From NCBI GenBank assembly GCA_930989765.1, contig CAKNNA010000004.1, positions 4,431 through 68,430 of the forward strand: a stretch of 64,000 bases of DNA. Reading direction: 5' to 3'. The notes under the pieces are model-generated. The model worked only from the letters and a program-made list of their open reading frames with translations. It searched no databases and was not told where the DNA came from. Shown here piece by piece: positions 1 through 11,519 of the stretch. Every line of letters starts with the position of its first letter. The stretch's first letter is position 1. A program made the position numbers and the translations under genes. Source of the stretch: an uncultured Clostridium sp. (GTDB taxonomy: Bacteria; Bacillota; Clostridia; TANB77; CAG-508).

Positions 1-202
1 TTAGCTAAAATTGCTTTTGTTTCATCTAATAAATTTTGTTCTTCAAAACTTTTATTTATATCTATTGAGAAATTATAGTTTTTGTCCATTTTGGTCTTAA
101 ATGTATAAATCATTTGATTGGGTATTTATTCACACTTTCTTTTGGCATATATTTTAGTATTTCTAGTATTTCTTTATATGCTTTATTATAATTATCATTC
201 AT
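1..202 (-). pseudogene. 5' part of a small accessory ORF that runs off the left edge; frame broken after 30 codons
   Basis: GGAGGA lies 8 nt upstream of the ATG at 202. MNDNYNKAYKEILEILKYMPKESVNK.. stops at 110-112, but another frame stays open (..IPNQMIYTFKTKMDKNYNFSIDINKSFEEQ..) to position 1. The break is at a short A-run, not at a CGG. Confidence 0.3.
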
Positions 203-838
203 CTTTAGTTTCCTCCTACTTTATAGCAAGTTTCGTTTTGTATGTTAAAATATTTATTGTTTTTATTTTGTAATAACTTTCTTATTTTAAATTTAGTTTA
301 TTATATCACATTGTACTTTATCCATTATTTAATTGCCTATTTAATTAATACTTGTAGGTGCACTTCCAAACCTTCCTTTATTCATGACACATGTATTACC
401 ACAATTTTGACTTTTTCTAATCTATCCTCTCCAAACAAACAATATCATAATTTGACAGATTATTCAATATTTAGTTTTAATGTCTTAAAAAATTTTCTGA
501 TTTATTTGTGATAATATCTTAATAAATCATTTGAGAAAATGTCTCAACCAAAAAATTATAAATACTTCAATAAGAAATTATATAATACAAAAGTTATTAC
601 ATTTTTGTTGTAAGTATAAATGAAAAAGGTTAAGTTAACAAGGAAAGAACATTTAAAATATTTAACAATAATTTTTTAATTGCTTTTTATCTATAGTTTA
701 TCATTTTTCTTGAATTTTAAACAAAAAAATGATATAATTCACATAGTTTAGTAAAAACTAATTAATTTTTATAATCTCCTTTTGGAGTTAACATATATGA
801 TACCAAGACAACAAATAAAATTATTTAAGGAGGCTAAT

Positions 839-1444
839 ATGAATAAAATAATTGTTATGCTTGAAAATGAAGATAAGGAATTAAATATATCCTTATATGA
901 TTTTGTTAATGAACAATACCGGAATGCAAATCCCATAATGGTATGCCATGTGACTGAAAAAGAATACAAAATTATGTTAGAACAAATTAAACGCGGTGGT
1001 CTTCTAAATGAGAGATTACGAACTCCTATGGAAACATTGGAGTATAACAAGTCCCGATATCTTTTAGCTTATAATTGCATTTCCAGAAATATTTGTATTG
1101 CAAATTATGAAGATTTTGAACAAAAGGGAAATTATGTATTAGATAGCGAAGGTCTTCATTATGACAAAAACGGAATTCAATTTCCTAATAATCCACTTGT
1201 AAGTAGAGTTATAAGTTGGAATGTTAAAATATATACTACTGAAACCTATGAAGATGTTATTTCTCACTATAAGAGTAGTAATAAGTCTTCAACACAAATC
1301 TCGTTATCAAATGACGATATTGAGAGATTTGAAAAAGCGTATAAATGTTTATCACAATCAGTAAGCCCTGATGACTATACTAAAAATAATTTAAAAGAGT
1401 TTCGTGCTCTTTTTGCGAAAATTCTTACTAAGTGTGATCAGTAG
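839..1444 (+). CDS. hypothetical protein, GC-richer codon usage than its neighbours (likely acquired)
   Basis: AAGGAGG lies 5 nt before the ATG at 839, in frame with track ORF 782..1444. It uses CGC, CGA, CGT and GCG codons and has one in-frame CGG at 920-922. Confidence 0.6.
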   Translation: MNKIIVMLENEDKELNISLYDFVNEQYRNANPIMVCHVTEKEYKIMLEQIKRGGLLNERLRTPMETLEYNKSRYLLAYNCISRNICIANYEDFEQKGNYVLDSEGLHYDKNGIQFPNNPLVSRVISWNVKIYTTETYEDVISHYKSSNKSSTQISLSNDDIERFEKAYKCLSQSVSPDDYTKNNLKEFRALFAKILTKCDQ

Positions 1445-1686
1445 TTTTAAAGTCTATTAGTAACAAATTATTTTAATAGTGAAGAAAAGGGATTATATTT
1501 TGTAATCTCTTTTCTTATTTAGAAAAGATCGTTTTTTACAAAAGCTACTAAAAGTGCTAAATATCAACGAAAAATTTTTTTGACTATACTTACTGTTAGA
1601 CAAGCAAAAAAATAACAACTCTTAATTTCTTGAAAGTTGTTATTTTACTTGGCATATGAACTTTTAAAGTTCATATAATATTTATT

Positions 1687-1761
1687 TGGCTGGGCTGGCT
1701 AGATTCGAACTAGCGCATGCCAGAGTCAAAGTCTGGTGCCTTACCGCTTGGCTACAGCCCA
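1687..1761 (-). tRNA. tRNA-Gln (anticodon UUG)
   Basis: The reverse complement folds as a cloverleaf: acceptor TGGGCTG/CAGCCCA, anticodon arm CCAGA-CTTTGAC-TCTGG, GTTCGAATC T-loop, and an encoded CCA. Confidence 0.9.
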
Positions 1762-1773
1762 ATATATTTATAA

Positions 1774-1851
1774 TGGGGTGGAAGATGGGACTCGAACCCA
1801 CGGTCTCCAGTGCCACAAACTGGCGCGTTAACCAACTACGCTACATCCACC
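1774..1851 (-). tRNA. tRNA-His (anticodon GUG)
   Basis: The reverse complement is GGTGGATGTAGCG..CCAGT-TTGTGGC-ACTGG..GGTTCGAGTCC..CCACCCCA. It has the extra 5' G (G-1) and C73 typical of His, and an encoded CCA. Confidence 0.9.
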
Positions 1852-2066
1852 ATAATTTATAAATTTCTTTTTTAATTACTGTTACCCCTATACACTAAAC
1901 TACAATAAAAAAGACTCGCGTAAGCGTAGCTTTAGTATTTCTACTACTTGTTTATTTTACAATATTTATTTGAACTTGTCAATATATTTTAAAAAAATAG
2001 TAGTAAAATTTTATTAATACTGTTATAATAGTAAAAAAAGCAATAAAACACTAGAAAGGACAGGCT

Positions 2067-4439
2067 ATGAATAAAAATTACATAGAAAAATTAGAATACA
2101 ATATCATATTACAAAAACTATCAACATACTGTGAAACAGAAAATGCAAAAAATTTATGTAAGAACTTATTACCATACAAAGATATTAAAACAGTTCAAAA
2201 CAAACTTGAAGAAACTAATGAAGCAGTAAATTTACTATTTAGATGTGGCATGCCTCCTATTTTAGATATAGGAAACAACACTGATACTATAAAAATTTTA
2301 AAAACATATGGCACTTTATCTGCTCAAAAACTATTTAAGCTTGCAAATATTTTAAATACTTCATTAAATTTAAAAGAATACTTTTATGTAGAACATATTT
2401 CAATAGAAGACTTCCCTATTTTAGATAACTACTTTTCTAAACTATATACAAACAAAACTTTAACAGAAAAAATATTTAAAAGTATTCAAGAAGATTTTAC
2501 AATATCTGATGAAGCTTCATCTACATTAAAATCAATTAGAAAAAATAAGCTAAACACAATTCAAGAAATAAAAAATAAATTAAATAATATTGTACACTCA
2601 TCTAATAATTCAAAATATTTACAAGAAAATGTAATAACTATAAGAAATGAAAGATATGTAATTCCTGTAAAAGAAGAATATAGATCTCAAATAAAAGGAT
2701 TTATTCATGATATTTCAAGCTCTGGAGCTACTGTTTTTATTGAGCCAATTAGCATATTTGAACTAAACAATAAGTTAAACAATTCAAAAATAGAAGAACA
2801 TCTAGAAATAGAAAAAATACTTGAAGAACTTAGTAAATTATTTTATCCATATGTAGATAATTTAATATTAGATATAGATTTAATAGAAAAATTGGATTTC
2901 ATTTTTGCAAAAGCTAAATACTCAAAAGCAATAAAAGCTACTATGCCAAAAATAAATAATGAAAAATTTATTTTTCTAAAAAATGCAAAACATCCTTTAT
3001 TAGAAAAGGATAAAGCAGTACCAATTACAATAACACTTGGAAAAGATTATAAAATATTATTAATAACAGGACCAAATACTGGTGGTAAAACTGTTACATT
3101 AAAAACAGTTGGTCTTTTAACTTGTATGGCATGTAGTGGGTTAAATATTCCAGCAGATAATACTTCATCTATATATGTATTTGATAATATTTTTGCAGAT
3201 ATTGGTGATAATCAAAGTATTATGGACTCTTTAAGTACTTTTTCATCACATATGTTAAATATTATAGAAATAATGAAAAACCACACTCAAAATTCCCTTG
3301 TATTACTTGATGAGCTATGCTCAGGAACTGACCCAATTGAAGGAGCTGCACTTGCAACAAGTATTTTAGATTATTTTAAAAACTCTAATACTTTAACAAT
3401 TGCAACAACACATTATCAGGAATTAAAAAAATATGCTTTAACACAAAAAGATTTTGAAAATGCCTCTGTAGAATTCGATTTAAATACTTTAAGCCCTACT
3501 TATAAATTATTAATTGGTATTCCAGGAAAAAGTAATGCATTTGAAATTAGTAAAAAACTAGGTCTAGAAAATAAAATTATTGAAAATGCAAAAAAATATA
3601 TAACAAATGAAGATATAGATTTTGAAGAATTGTTAAAAAATATTTATGACAATAAAGTACAACTTGAAAAAGAAAAGGAAGAAATTACAGAAAAATTGTT
3701 AAAAATAAATATTATGCAAAATAAATTAGAAAATGATAATAATAAATTACTTGAAGAAAAACAAAATATAATAAAAAATGCAAAAATTGAAGCACGCACA
3801 ATTTTACTAACTGCAAAAGAGGAAGCAAATGATTTAATAAAAAAGCTACATGATAATTCAAATACTAAAGATTTAAATAATATTAGAAATAAGATAAATT
3901 CAAATATAAAAGATTTATCACAAGATATCAAAAATCATGCTAATAATCTAGATCATCCAAATCAAAGTAATCTAACTATAAATGATATTATTATAAATAA
4001 CGAATACTTCATTAATTCACTAAATCAAACTGGTACTGTTTTAAAACTCCTTCCAAAATCTAATGAAGTACAAATGCAAATTGGTTTAATTAAAACAATT
4101 ATACCTATAATAGACTTGCAAAAAGTTACAAATAAAAATGTTAGTACTAATAATAAAACAACAATTCATACATCTGGCTTATCAAAATCTAAAACTGCAA
4201 CAACAGAAATAAATATTATTGGTAAAAATGTTGATGAAGCAGAATTTATAATTGATAAATTCATAGATGATGCTTTACTTGCAAACCTTCCAGCTATACA
4301 TATAATTCACGGAAAAGGAACAGGAAAACTAAGAGAAGGAATTCATAAGTTTTTGAAAAATGACTCACGTATTAAATCTTTTAGATTAGGTACATATTCT
4401 GAAGGTGCCGATGGAGTTACTATAGCTTATCTAAATTAA
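2067..4439 (+). CDS. mutS2: endonuclease MutS2 (MutS-family ATPase with C-terminal Smr domain)
   Basis: Walker A GPNTGGKTVTLK, the MutS ATPase core, a coiled-coil linker, and an Smr tail IHIIHGKGTGKLREGI. Confidence 0.95.
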   Translation: MNKNYIEKLEYNIILQKLSTYCETENAKNLCKNLLPYKDIKTVQNKLEETNEAVNLLFRCGMPPILDIGNNTDTIKILKTYGTLSAQKLFKLANILNTSLNLKEYFYVEHISIEDFPILDNYFSKLYTNKTLTEKIFKSIQEDFTISDEASSTLKSIRKNKLNTIQEIKNKLNNIVHSSNNSKYLQENVITIRNERYVIPVKEEYRSQIKGFIHDISSSGATVFIEPISIFELNNKLNNSKIEEHLEIEKILEELSKLFYPYVDNLILDIDLIEKLDFIFAKAKYSKAIKATMPKINNEKFIFLKNAKHPLLEKDKAVPITITLGKDYKILLITGPNTGGKTVTLKTVGLLTCMACSGLNIPADNTSSIYVFDNIFADIGDNQSIMDSLSTFSSHMLNIIEIMKNHTQNSLVLLDELCSGTDPIEGAALATSILDYFKNSNTLTIATTHYQELKKYALTQKDFENASVEFDLNTLSPTYKLLIGIPGKSNAFEISKKLGLENKIIENAKKYITNEDIDFEELLKNIYDNKVQLEKEKEEITEKLLKINIMQNKLENDNNKLLEEKQNIIKNAKIEARTILLTAKEEANDLIKKLHDNSNTKDLNNIRNKINSNIKDLSQDIKNHANNLDHPNQSNLTINDIIINNEYFINSLNQTGTVLKLLPKSNEVQMQIGLIKTIIPIIDLQKVTNKNVSTNNKTTIHTSGLSKSKTATTEINIIGKNVDEAEFIIDKFIDDALLANLPAIHIIHGKGTGKLREGIHKFLKNDSRIKSFRLGTYSEGADGVTIAYLN

Positions 4440-4457
4440 AAGAAAATGCCTCAAAAT

Positions 4458-4545
4458 GCCAAAAGTTGCAATCAAGGACTAAAAAATAGTGGCAACCATA
4501 TTTCAAATTGCCACTATTTTTTAGTCCTTGATTGCAACTTCTGGC
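4458..4545. terminator. 38-bp-arm palindrome between convergent mutS2 and the dCMP deaminase gene (probable bidirectional terminator or repeat element)
   Basis: gccaaaagttgcaatcaaggactaaaaaatagtggcaa (4458-4495) pairs with 4508-4545 with one mismatch. The loop is 12 nt. Confidence 0.6.
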
Positions 4546-4562
4546 ACTCTTTAACCAAAGTC

Positions 4563-5063
4563 TTAATTTAAATCAATCATTATCTTTCTTTCATTTTTCA
4601 ATTCTAGTTTTGAATATTTTACATTACAGCTATCAAATAATTTTCTAGATGCTATATTATTCTCACTATCTGCATACTTATCAGACAAATACACAACTTC
4701 TTTTATGCCTGATTGAATAATAATTTTTGCACATTCATTACAAGGAAATAAATCAACATATATTTTTGCATTTTCTAAATCTTTTTTACTCCCCCTATAA
4801 TTTAATACTGCATTCATTTCTGCATGACATACATATGGATATTTTGTTTCTAAATTTTTACCATCTCTTGCCCAAGGAAATTTATCATCATCAAAGCCAT
4901 TTGGTGCCCCATTATAACCAATTGATAATATTCTATTATCATTACTTACTATACATGCACCTACTTGTGTTGAAGGGTCTTTGCTCCTCATTGCTGATAA
5001 TTTTGCTATTGCCATAAAATATTCGTTCCAATCTAAATAATCTTTTCTTTTTTCACCACTCAT
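4563..5063 (-). CDS. comEB: deoxycytidylate (dCMP) deaminase
   Basis: Zinc-binding motifs HAEMNA and PCNECAK. Length 166 aa. Confidence 0.9.
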   Translation of the reverse strand: MSGEKRKDYLDWNEYFMAIAKLSAMRSKDPSTQVGACIVSNDNRILSIGYNGAPNGFDDDKFPWARDGKNLETKYPYVCHAEMNAVLNYRGSKKDLENAKIYVDLFPCNECAKIIIQSGIKEVVYLSDKYADSENNIASRKLFDSCNVKYSKLELKNERKIMIDLN

Positions 5064-5132
5064 ATCTTACCTCTTTTATTACTATTTTTTTATATTAACT
5101 TTTTTATATTAAACTTTGTATATACTAAAAAT

Positions 5133-8100
5133 TTATTCTACACTTTTTAAACTTCCTATCATATCTATTTTCTTTAATGCAAAATAGGTTACGATATTTA
5201 CAATAATTGTGAAAGCTACTGTTATTAAAATTGCATATAAATAGCTTAATGGCTCTATAACCTTAACAAATCTAAGCATATCAATTTCACAAGTTCCTAT
5301 AATATAAAAGTTTAAAAAGTATCCTCCACCTAATCCTAAAATTATTCCTATAATTGTTAAAAGAATTGTTTCTCTTGTTACATATGAATACACTTCTCTA
5401 TCATAAAATCCTAAAACTTTAATTGTTGCAAGTTCCCTTATTCTTTCACTTATATTTACATTAGATAAATTATATAATACTACAAATGCAAGTAATCCTG
5501 CAGATACAATTAAAATAATTACTACATAATTTAGTGAATTCAATGTATCATCTAATGTTTGCATTATAGTTTTTGAAAGTGAAATACTAGATACTTCATT
5601 CATAGAAACTAAGGTTTTTGAAATTTCTTCTTCTTCTGTTTCTGATAAATTATCGTCTTTTACAAATATTACATTTGTATTATATTCTTCTTGGTATAAA
5701 TTTTGATAATATTCTTTTGACATATATACATAATGATATATATAATTTTCTGCAATTTTTGAGATTTTTACTTCTTTTTCTACATCATTTGAATCTACTA
5801 TTGTTATTGTATCTCCTGGCTTTACTCCTAATAACTGAGCAAGCTTATCTGTGATTATAACCCCATCATTTCCTAAATTTAGCTCTTCTTCTGTTTCTAC
5901 ATCTAGCAAGTTTATTACTCTTTTAATTGATTCTGTATCATCTGGTATTATTAATTGTACATCTTCTTTTTGTTCATTATAATTTGCCGTTCCAGATAAC
6001 ATATAGCTTTTTACAGTATCTGTTATTTTACTATTTTGTTTTAAAGTATTTTCTACATTTTCTATTTGCTCTTTTGTTAATGTATTTTTTAATGCAACTT
6101 GCATATCATAATCAAATATTTTTTCATACTGATATGGCAAAATTTTTGATATAGAATCTTTTAAACCAAAACCTGCAAGTATTAATGAAGTACATCCAAA
6201 TATTCCTATTATTGTCATTAAAAATCTCTTTTTATATCTAAATATATTTCTTATTGTAACTTTATGTGAAAAATTAAACCTTTTCCATATAAATGTTACT
6301 CTTTCAAGCAATACTCTTTTTCCAAGTTTTGGTGCTTTTGGTCTTAATAATACTGCTGGCACATTTCTTACTTCTCTTAATATAGAATATAAAGTTGCAC
6401 CTACTATACATATATAAATTAGTGTTAGTCCAAGCACAGCATTTTCTACATCAAATTGTACTAAAAACTCTGGAAGTGTATACATCATTTCATACATATC
6501 CCATATAATTCTTGGTAATAATTGAAAACCTATATTCATTCCAATTACTCCTCCAATTATACAAGCTAAGCTTGAATATATTAAGTATTTTATTGAAATA
6601 TGAAATGTATTATAACCTAATGCTTTTAAAGTTCCTATTTCTTGTCTTTCTTCTTCTACCATTCTTGTCATTGATGTTAATGATACAAGTATTGCTATTG
6701 CAAAAAATACTACTGGGAAAACTAAACTTAAATTTTCTATGCTTTCTGTATCTTGTATATAACTACTATATCCTGAATTTTGATTTCTATCTAATATGTA
6801 CCAAACTGGATTTTCTATTTTAGCAACTTCTTCTTTTGCATCAATTAGCTTTCCTTCTGCTTCTCCGAATTTTTTGATTAAATTCTTGCCTATTTGCTTC
6901 TAATTCTGCTTCTGCTGTGTTTATTTCTTCTTTTGATTTTTCAAGTTCTTTTTTTGCATTTGCAATTTCAGTATTTGCCTGAGTTTTTGCAGTTTGCAAA
7001 GTTTTTTCTTGTTTTTGTATTGTAACTTTTCCCTCTTCTATTTGAGTTTTTGCTTTTTCGAGTTTTGCTTTTCCTTCTGATACTTTGGTTTCAAGTTCTG
7101 ATATATTGTTTTCTAAAGTTGCTTTTGTTTCTTCTAATTCTACCTTTTTAGCCTCTAATTCTATTTTTGTAGATTCTAATTCTTCTTTTTCTTTATCTGT
7201 AATATCTGGATTTTTCAAACTTTCTTCTATACTTTGATAAGATTTATTTATTTGCTCTAAATTTGTATTTATTGTATTTAAATTTGTTTGTATTACCTCT
7301 TTTTGATTTTCCGCTTCTTTAAATACTGTTTCTAATGCTGTTTTATTAGAATTATATTCTTCCTCTGATTTATTTAAAGTTTCTTTTGCTGAATTTAGCT
7401 GGCTTTGTGATGATGCAAATTTAGTTTTTGTCTCATTTTCATTTTGCTGAATTTTTGCTTCTGCTTCTGCTATTTGGTTTTTTCCATCTTGAATTTGTTT
7501 TTCTGCATCTGCAATTTTTGCCTCTCCTTCTTGTTTTTGTTTATCAAATTCTTCTTGAGCATCTAGTATTTTTTTATTTGCTTCATCTATTAACTCTTGA
7601 TATCTTGCATTTTCTCTTTCTTCTTTAATATTTTCTATATTATTTTTTGTTTCTTCTACATATTCTTCATAAGATTTTGAGGCTGTTTTATATTTTTCAC
7701 TATTTTCTAGTTTTATATAAATTTCTGTATATATATCTGTATTTATATTTTCTTTTGTTACATATATATATGAATTTATTTGACCTGAACCTAATTTACT
7801 TGTTCCTCTTTCTCTTGAAATATATAAAGGACTTTGTACTACACCTACAATTTTTAATGTTTGGTTTTTTAAATAATTTTCTTCTTCTGAACTTCCATTT
7901 TCAGTTCCTTCTTGCTTTTGATTTTCACTATTTTCATCATTCTCTCCTGATAGCCCAAGCTCTATCTTACTTTCTATTTCAATTGTATCTCCTATATTTT
8001 TTGCATTACTTTCTAGAAAATCTCTTTCAACTAAACATTCATTGCTATTTTCTGGCATTTTGCCTTCTACTAAAACAGGCTTATTTACATCATCTAATGT

Positions 8101-8427
8101 TAATATTTTTGCAACCGTTTCTTTTTGCCCATCTTTTATTAATCCATCTTGACTATATGTACCATATACTTCATCTACATTTTCAACTTGTTTTAATGCT
8201 TCAATATCTTCATTTGTTAATCCTAATGTCGAAATTACCTCTATATCATAAACATTTTGATCTTTATAGTATTTATCTATTGAGTCAACCATATCAGGTG
8301 AAGAAGCCCTCAAGCCTGCAAAAAAACCCACTCCAAGAAGGGCCATTAGCATTATTGATATAAATCTTTTATATGAAGTTTTTATTTCTTTAAAACTATC
8401 TTTTAATAAAGCTTTTTTTATTTTCAT
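5133..8427 (-). CDS. large FtsX-family ABC transporter permease (two FtsX modules, coiled-coil extracellular domain); frame break at an in-frame CGG
   Basis: ORF 6841..8427 gives TM1 plus the coiled-coil domain. ORF 5133..6671 gives EIGTLKALGY and the TM bundles. The downstream frame is open back to the stop at 6900-6902. The halves join (about 1097 aa) if the C at 6867 is skipped. Confidence 0.85.
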
Positions 8428-8454
8428 ATTTTATTTCACCTCCGATATAGAGTT

Positions 8455-9156
8455 TTACCATTCTATATCTTCTACTGATTTTGGATTTTCGTTTATTTCT
8501 ACACTTTCTGCTGTTCCGTTTTTAAATCTAATTATTTTATCAGCCATTGGAGCAATTGCCGCATTATGAGTTATAATAAGTACTGTCATTTTTTCTTTTC
8601 TTGCAGTATCTTGAAGTAATTTTAAAATTTGTTTTCCTGTTTTATAATCTAATGCACCTGTTGGCTCATCACATAATAACAATTTAGGATTTTTAGCAAT
8701 AGCTCTTGCTATTGCAACTCTTTGTTGTTCACCTCCTGATAGTTGTGATGGAAAATTCTTTTTTCTTTCTTTTAATCCCACTTTTTCCATAACTTCATTT
8801 GGATCTATTGAATCTTTACATATTTGAGTTGCAAGTTCTACATTTTCTATTGCTGTTAAATTTTGTACTAAATTATAAAACTGAAAAACAAAACCTATAT
8901 CTTCTCTTCGATATTTAATTAATTCTTTATTTTTTAATGTTGCTATATTTTTATTGTCTACTATCACATCACCAGATGTTACTTTATCCATTCCCCCTAA
9001 TATATTTAAAGCCGTAGTTTTACCGGCACCACTTGGACCTACTATAACTACAAGCTCCCCTTTATTTATTGCAAAATTTGTATTATTTAATGCTTTTATT
9101 ATAATTTCACCCATTTTATATTCTTTACAAACATTTTTAAATTCTATATAAGACAA
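8455..9156 (-). CDS. ABC transporter ATP-binding protein (MacB/LolD-like partner of the FtsX permease)
   Basis: [23 protein letters not shown] and [10 protein letters not shown] start with AGGAGG 8 nt upstream. Confidence 0.9.
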   Translation of the reverse strand: MSYIEFKNVCKEYKMGEIIIKALNNTNFAINKGELVVIVGPSGAGKTTALNILGGMDKVTSGDVIVDNKNIATLKNKELIKYRREDIGFVFQFYNLVQNLTAIENVELATQICKDSIDPNEVMEKVGLKERKKNFPSQLSGGEQQRVAIARAIAKNPKLLLCDEPTGALDYKTGKQILKLLQDTARKEKMTVLIITHNAAIAPMADKIIRFKNGTAESVEINENPKSVEDIEW

Positions 9157-9285
9157 TAGTACCGCCTCCTCTTATGTAATTTATTTATATTTCTTATTAT
9201 ACCATAACTTGGAATTTTTTTAAATATTAATTTTAAAATTAGAAGAATTTATATATAACAAAAAGTAGCCACAATTTAAAAATAC

Positions 9286-10542
9286 TTATGTGACTACTCT
9301 TAAAATATCATTATATGATACATATAATGCCAATGCAATTAACAATGTAAATCCAAGCATTTGTATATTTATTTCTGTTTCTTCTTTTAATGGCTTTCTT
9401 CTAATAGCTTCAATTAATAATATAAGTATTTTACCTCCATCTAATGCAGGAATAGGCAAAAGATTAGTAATACCAAGTGAAATTGAAATTAATGCAAGTA
9501 AATATATAAATTCTTCAAAACCTTTTGTTTTTGCTACAGCTTCTGAAATACCTACAGGTCCCATCATTTGGTCTATACCTACTCTTCCTGTAAATAATTG
9601 TTTTATATTATCAAAAATAGAAAATAGAAAATCCTTAGTTTCTACTCCACCATATATTATATGATTAATCAGTGTTCCTTCTGCTTGTATTAGATTTACA
9701 CCTAAATAATATGTTGATAAATAATCTGGAACTAATGTTACTTCTATATTTTGATTTCCTCTTTGTACTTCAATTTGTATATTTTCTTCTTCCTTTTCTT
9801 GTATTGCAGATATTATTTTATTTGTATCATTGGTTATTTCTACACCATTTACTTTTATTATTTTATCATTTGCTTTTAATCCTGCTTTTTCTGCTGGACT
9901 ATTTCGTTCAATTGTTACGATTTTTGCTTCATCATCTAGATATATACCTGTAATTTTTTGCTTTACTTCTGTTAGTTTAGTTTTATAATCTAAAATTTCT
10001 CCATTACGATCTATTTTTAAACTTATTTCATCATTACTATTAATATTTTTTGTTACATCATCTAAATCATATTTATTGTCTATCTTTTTGCCATTCATTT
10101 CTACTATTTTGTCACCTGATTGTAAACCTATTTCTTGTGCTGTATAACCTTCAATTAAAGTATTAATTTCATTTGTTACAAATGTGCCTGTGCATGACAT
10201 AAGAATAAAATAAACAATTATTCCAAATACAATATTTACTGCTGCACCAGCCACAACTATTGCCATTCTTTTTGGAATACTTGCTTTTGAAAAAGATCTT
10301 TCGTTGTCTGATCTTTCTTCTTCACCTTCCATACTACAAAAGCCACCTAGAGGTATTAATCTAATAGTATATTTAGTCTCTTTTCCTTGTTTTTGCCATA
10401 TTGTTTTTCCAAAACCTATTGCAAATTCATTTACTTTTACTTTGCATAGTTTTGCTACAATTAAATGTCCTACTTCATGAATTAATATTAAAAAACCTAA
10501 AAGAAATATTATTTTAATTGCAGATATTAAAAAGTCTACCAA
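9286..10542 (-). CDS. rseP: RIP metalloprotease RseP/RasP (M50 site-2 protease with PDZ domains)
   Basis: HEVGHLIVA near the N-terminus and NLLPIPALDGG near the C-terminus. TTG start after AAAGGAGA. Confidence 0.9.
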   Translation of the reverse strand: MVDFLISAIKIIFLLGFLILIHEVGHLIVAKLCKVKVNEFAIGFGKTIWQKQGKETKYTIRLIPLGGFCSMEGEEERSDNERSFSKASIPKRMAIVVAGAAVNIVFGIIVYFILMSCTGTFVTNEINTLIEGYTAQEIGLQSGDKIVEMNGKKIDNKYDLDDVTKNINSNDEISLKIDRNGEILDYKTKLTEVKQKITGIYLDDEAKIVTIERNSPAEKAGLKANDKIIKVNGVEITNDTNKIISAIQEKEEENIQIEVQRGNQNIEVTLVPDYLSTYYLGVNLIQAEGTLINHIIYGGVETKDFLFSIFDNIKQLFTGRVGIDQMMGPVGISEAVAKTKGFEEFIYLLALISISLGITNLLPIPALDGGKILILLIEAIRRKPLKEETEINIQMLGFTLLIALALYVSYNDILRVVT

Positions 10543-10602
10543 TATAAGTCTCCTTTCTTTTTTAAGCTTACAAATCTTACTTAAAAAATTTTTAAAATAC
10601 TT

Positions 10603-11406
10603 TTATATAGCTGTAAAAAATAAGTATGCAAATGGTGCTAAAAACATAAGACTATCTATTCTATCTAACATTCCTCCATGACCTGGAATTAAATTACTAA
10701 AATCTTTTATATCTACATATCTTTTTATACTAGATGCTACAAAATCCCCAATTTGACCTATTAAACTTAATATTACTGCTGCAATTAGTATATATAAATA
10801 TGAAAAATCCATATTCCAATATGTATTTGCAATATATGTATAAACTAACATTAATAAAACTGCACCTATTACTCCTGCTATACATCCTTCTATTGATTTT
10901 TTTGGACTTACCTTACTAAATTTATGTTTCCCAAATTTTAGCCCTATACAGAATGCAAATATATCTGTTCCCCATGCTGCTAAAATTGCATACCATATTA
11001 AAATTTTACCATTTTCCATTCCATCTATTATAGCAATAAACATCATAAAAAATACTATATATATTATACCTATAAATGTATATGCTACATCTTTAAATGT
11101 TATTTTCATATCTGTTGCTATTATATGTGAAAATAATACTAAAAATATTGTTGGTATTGTTAGTGTTACAATTAGTTGTAAGTTTTCTTTTGGTATAACA
11201 TGTATTAATGCAATTCCTAAGCAACTTACATATCCTACCCATTTTATTGGTTTACATACTTTTGATATTGCATTTAAATATTCATTCATTGCTAATATTG
11301 TTACAACTGTTAATAATATATCTACTACATATTTATTTCCTATTAATAATATTATTAATACTAATGGGAAACCTAGAAGTCCAGATGTAATTCTTTTTAT
11401 ATCCAT
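10603..11406 (-). CDS. cdsA: phosphatidate cytidylyltransferase
   Basis: Polytopic membrane protein with the C-terminal signature SxxKRxxxxKDxxxxxPGHGGxxDRxD. Sits in the uppS-cdsA-rseP order. Confidence 0.9.
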   Translation of the reverse strand: MDIKRITSGLLGFPLVLIILLIGNKYVVDILLTVVTILAMNEYLNAISKVCKPIKWVGYVSCLGIALIHVIPKENLQLIVTLTIPTIFLVLFSHIIATDMKITFKDVAYTFIGIIYIVFFMMFIAIIDGMENGKILIWYAILAAWGTDIFAFCIGLKFGKHKFSKVSPKKSIEGCIAGVIGAVLLMLVYTYIANTYWNMDFSYLYILIAAVILSLIGQIGDFVASSIKRYVDIKDFSNLIPGHGGMLDRIDSLMFLAPFAYLFFTAI

Positions 11407-11519
11407 ATATTTTTTTCCTTTCTTGCCTTATTAATTTACTTTTCTTTTTGTTTAAATATTTTACTTGCATATTTTTTGAATTTATAATTTTTGTATATTT
11501 TTTGCTATAGTTTGTTGTT

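Noticed and set aside
7647-8363. Long Leu/Phe-rich ORFs antisense to real genes (also 46078..46836, 55670..56413, 40300..40731, 57679..58158 and many shorter ones).
   Set aside because: They mirror lysine/glutamate/asparagine-rich genes on the opposite strand in an AT-rich genome. They have no RBS, are low complexity, and are fully embedded in well-supported genes.
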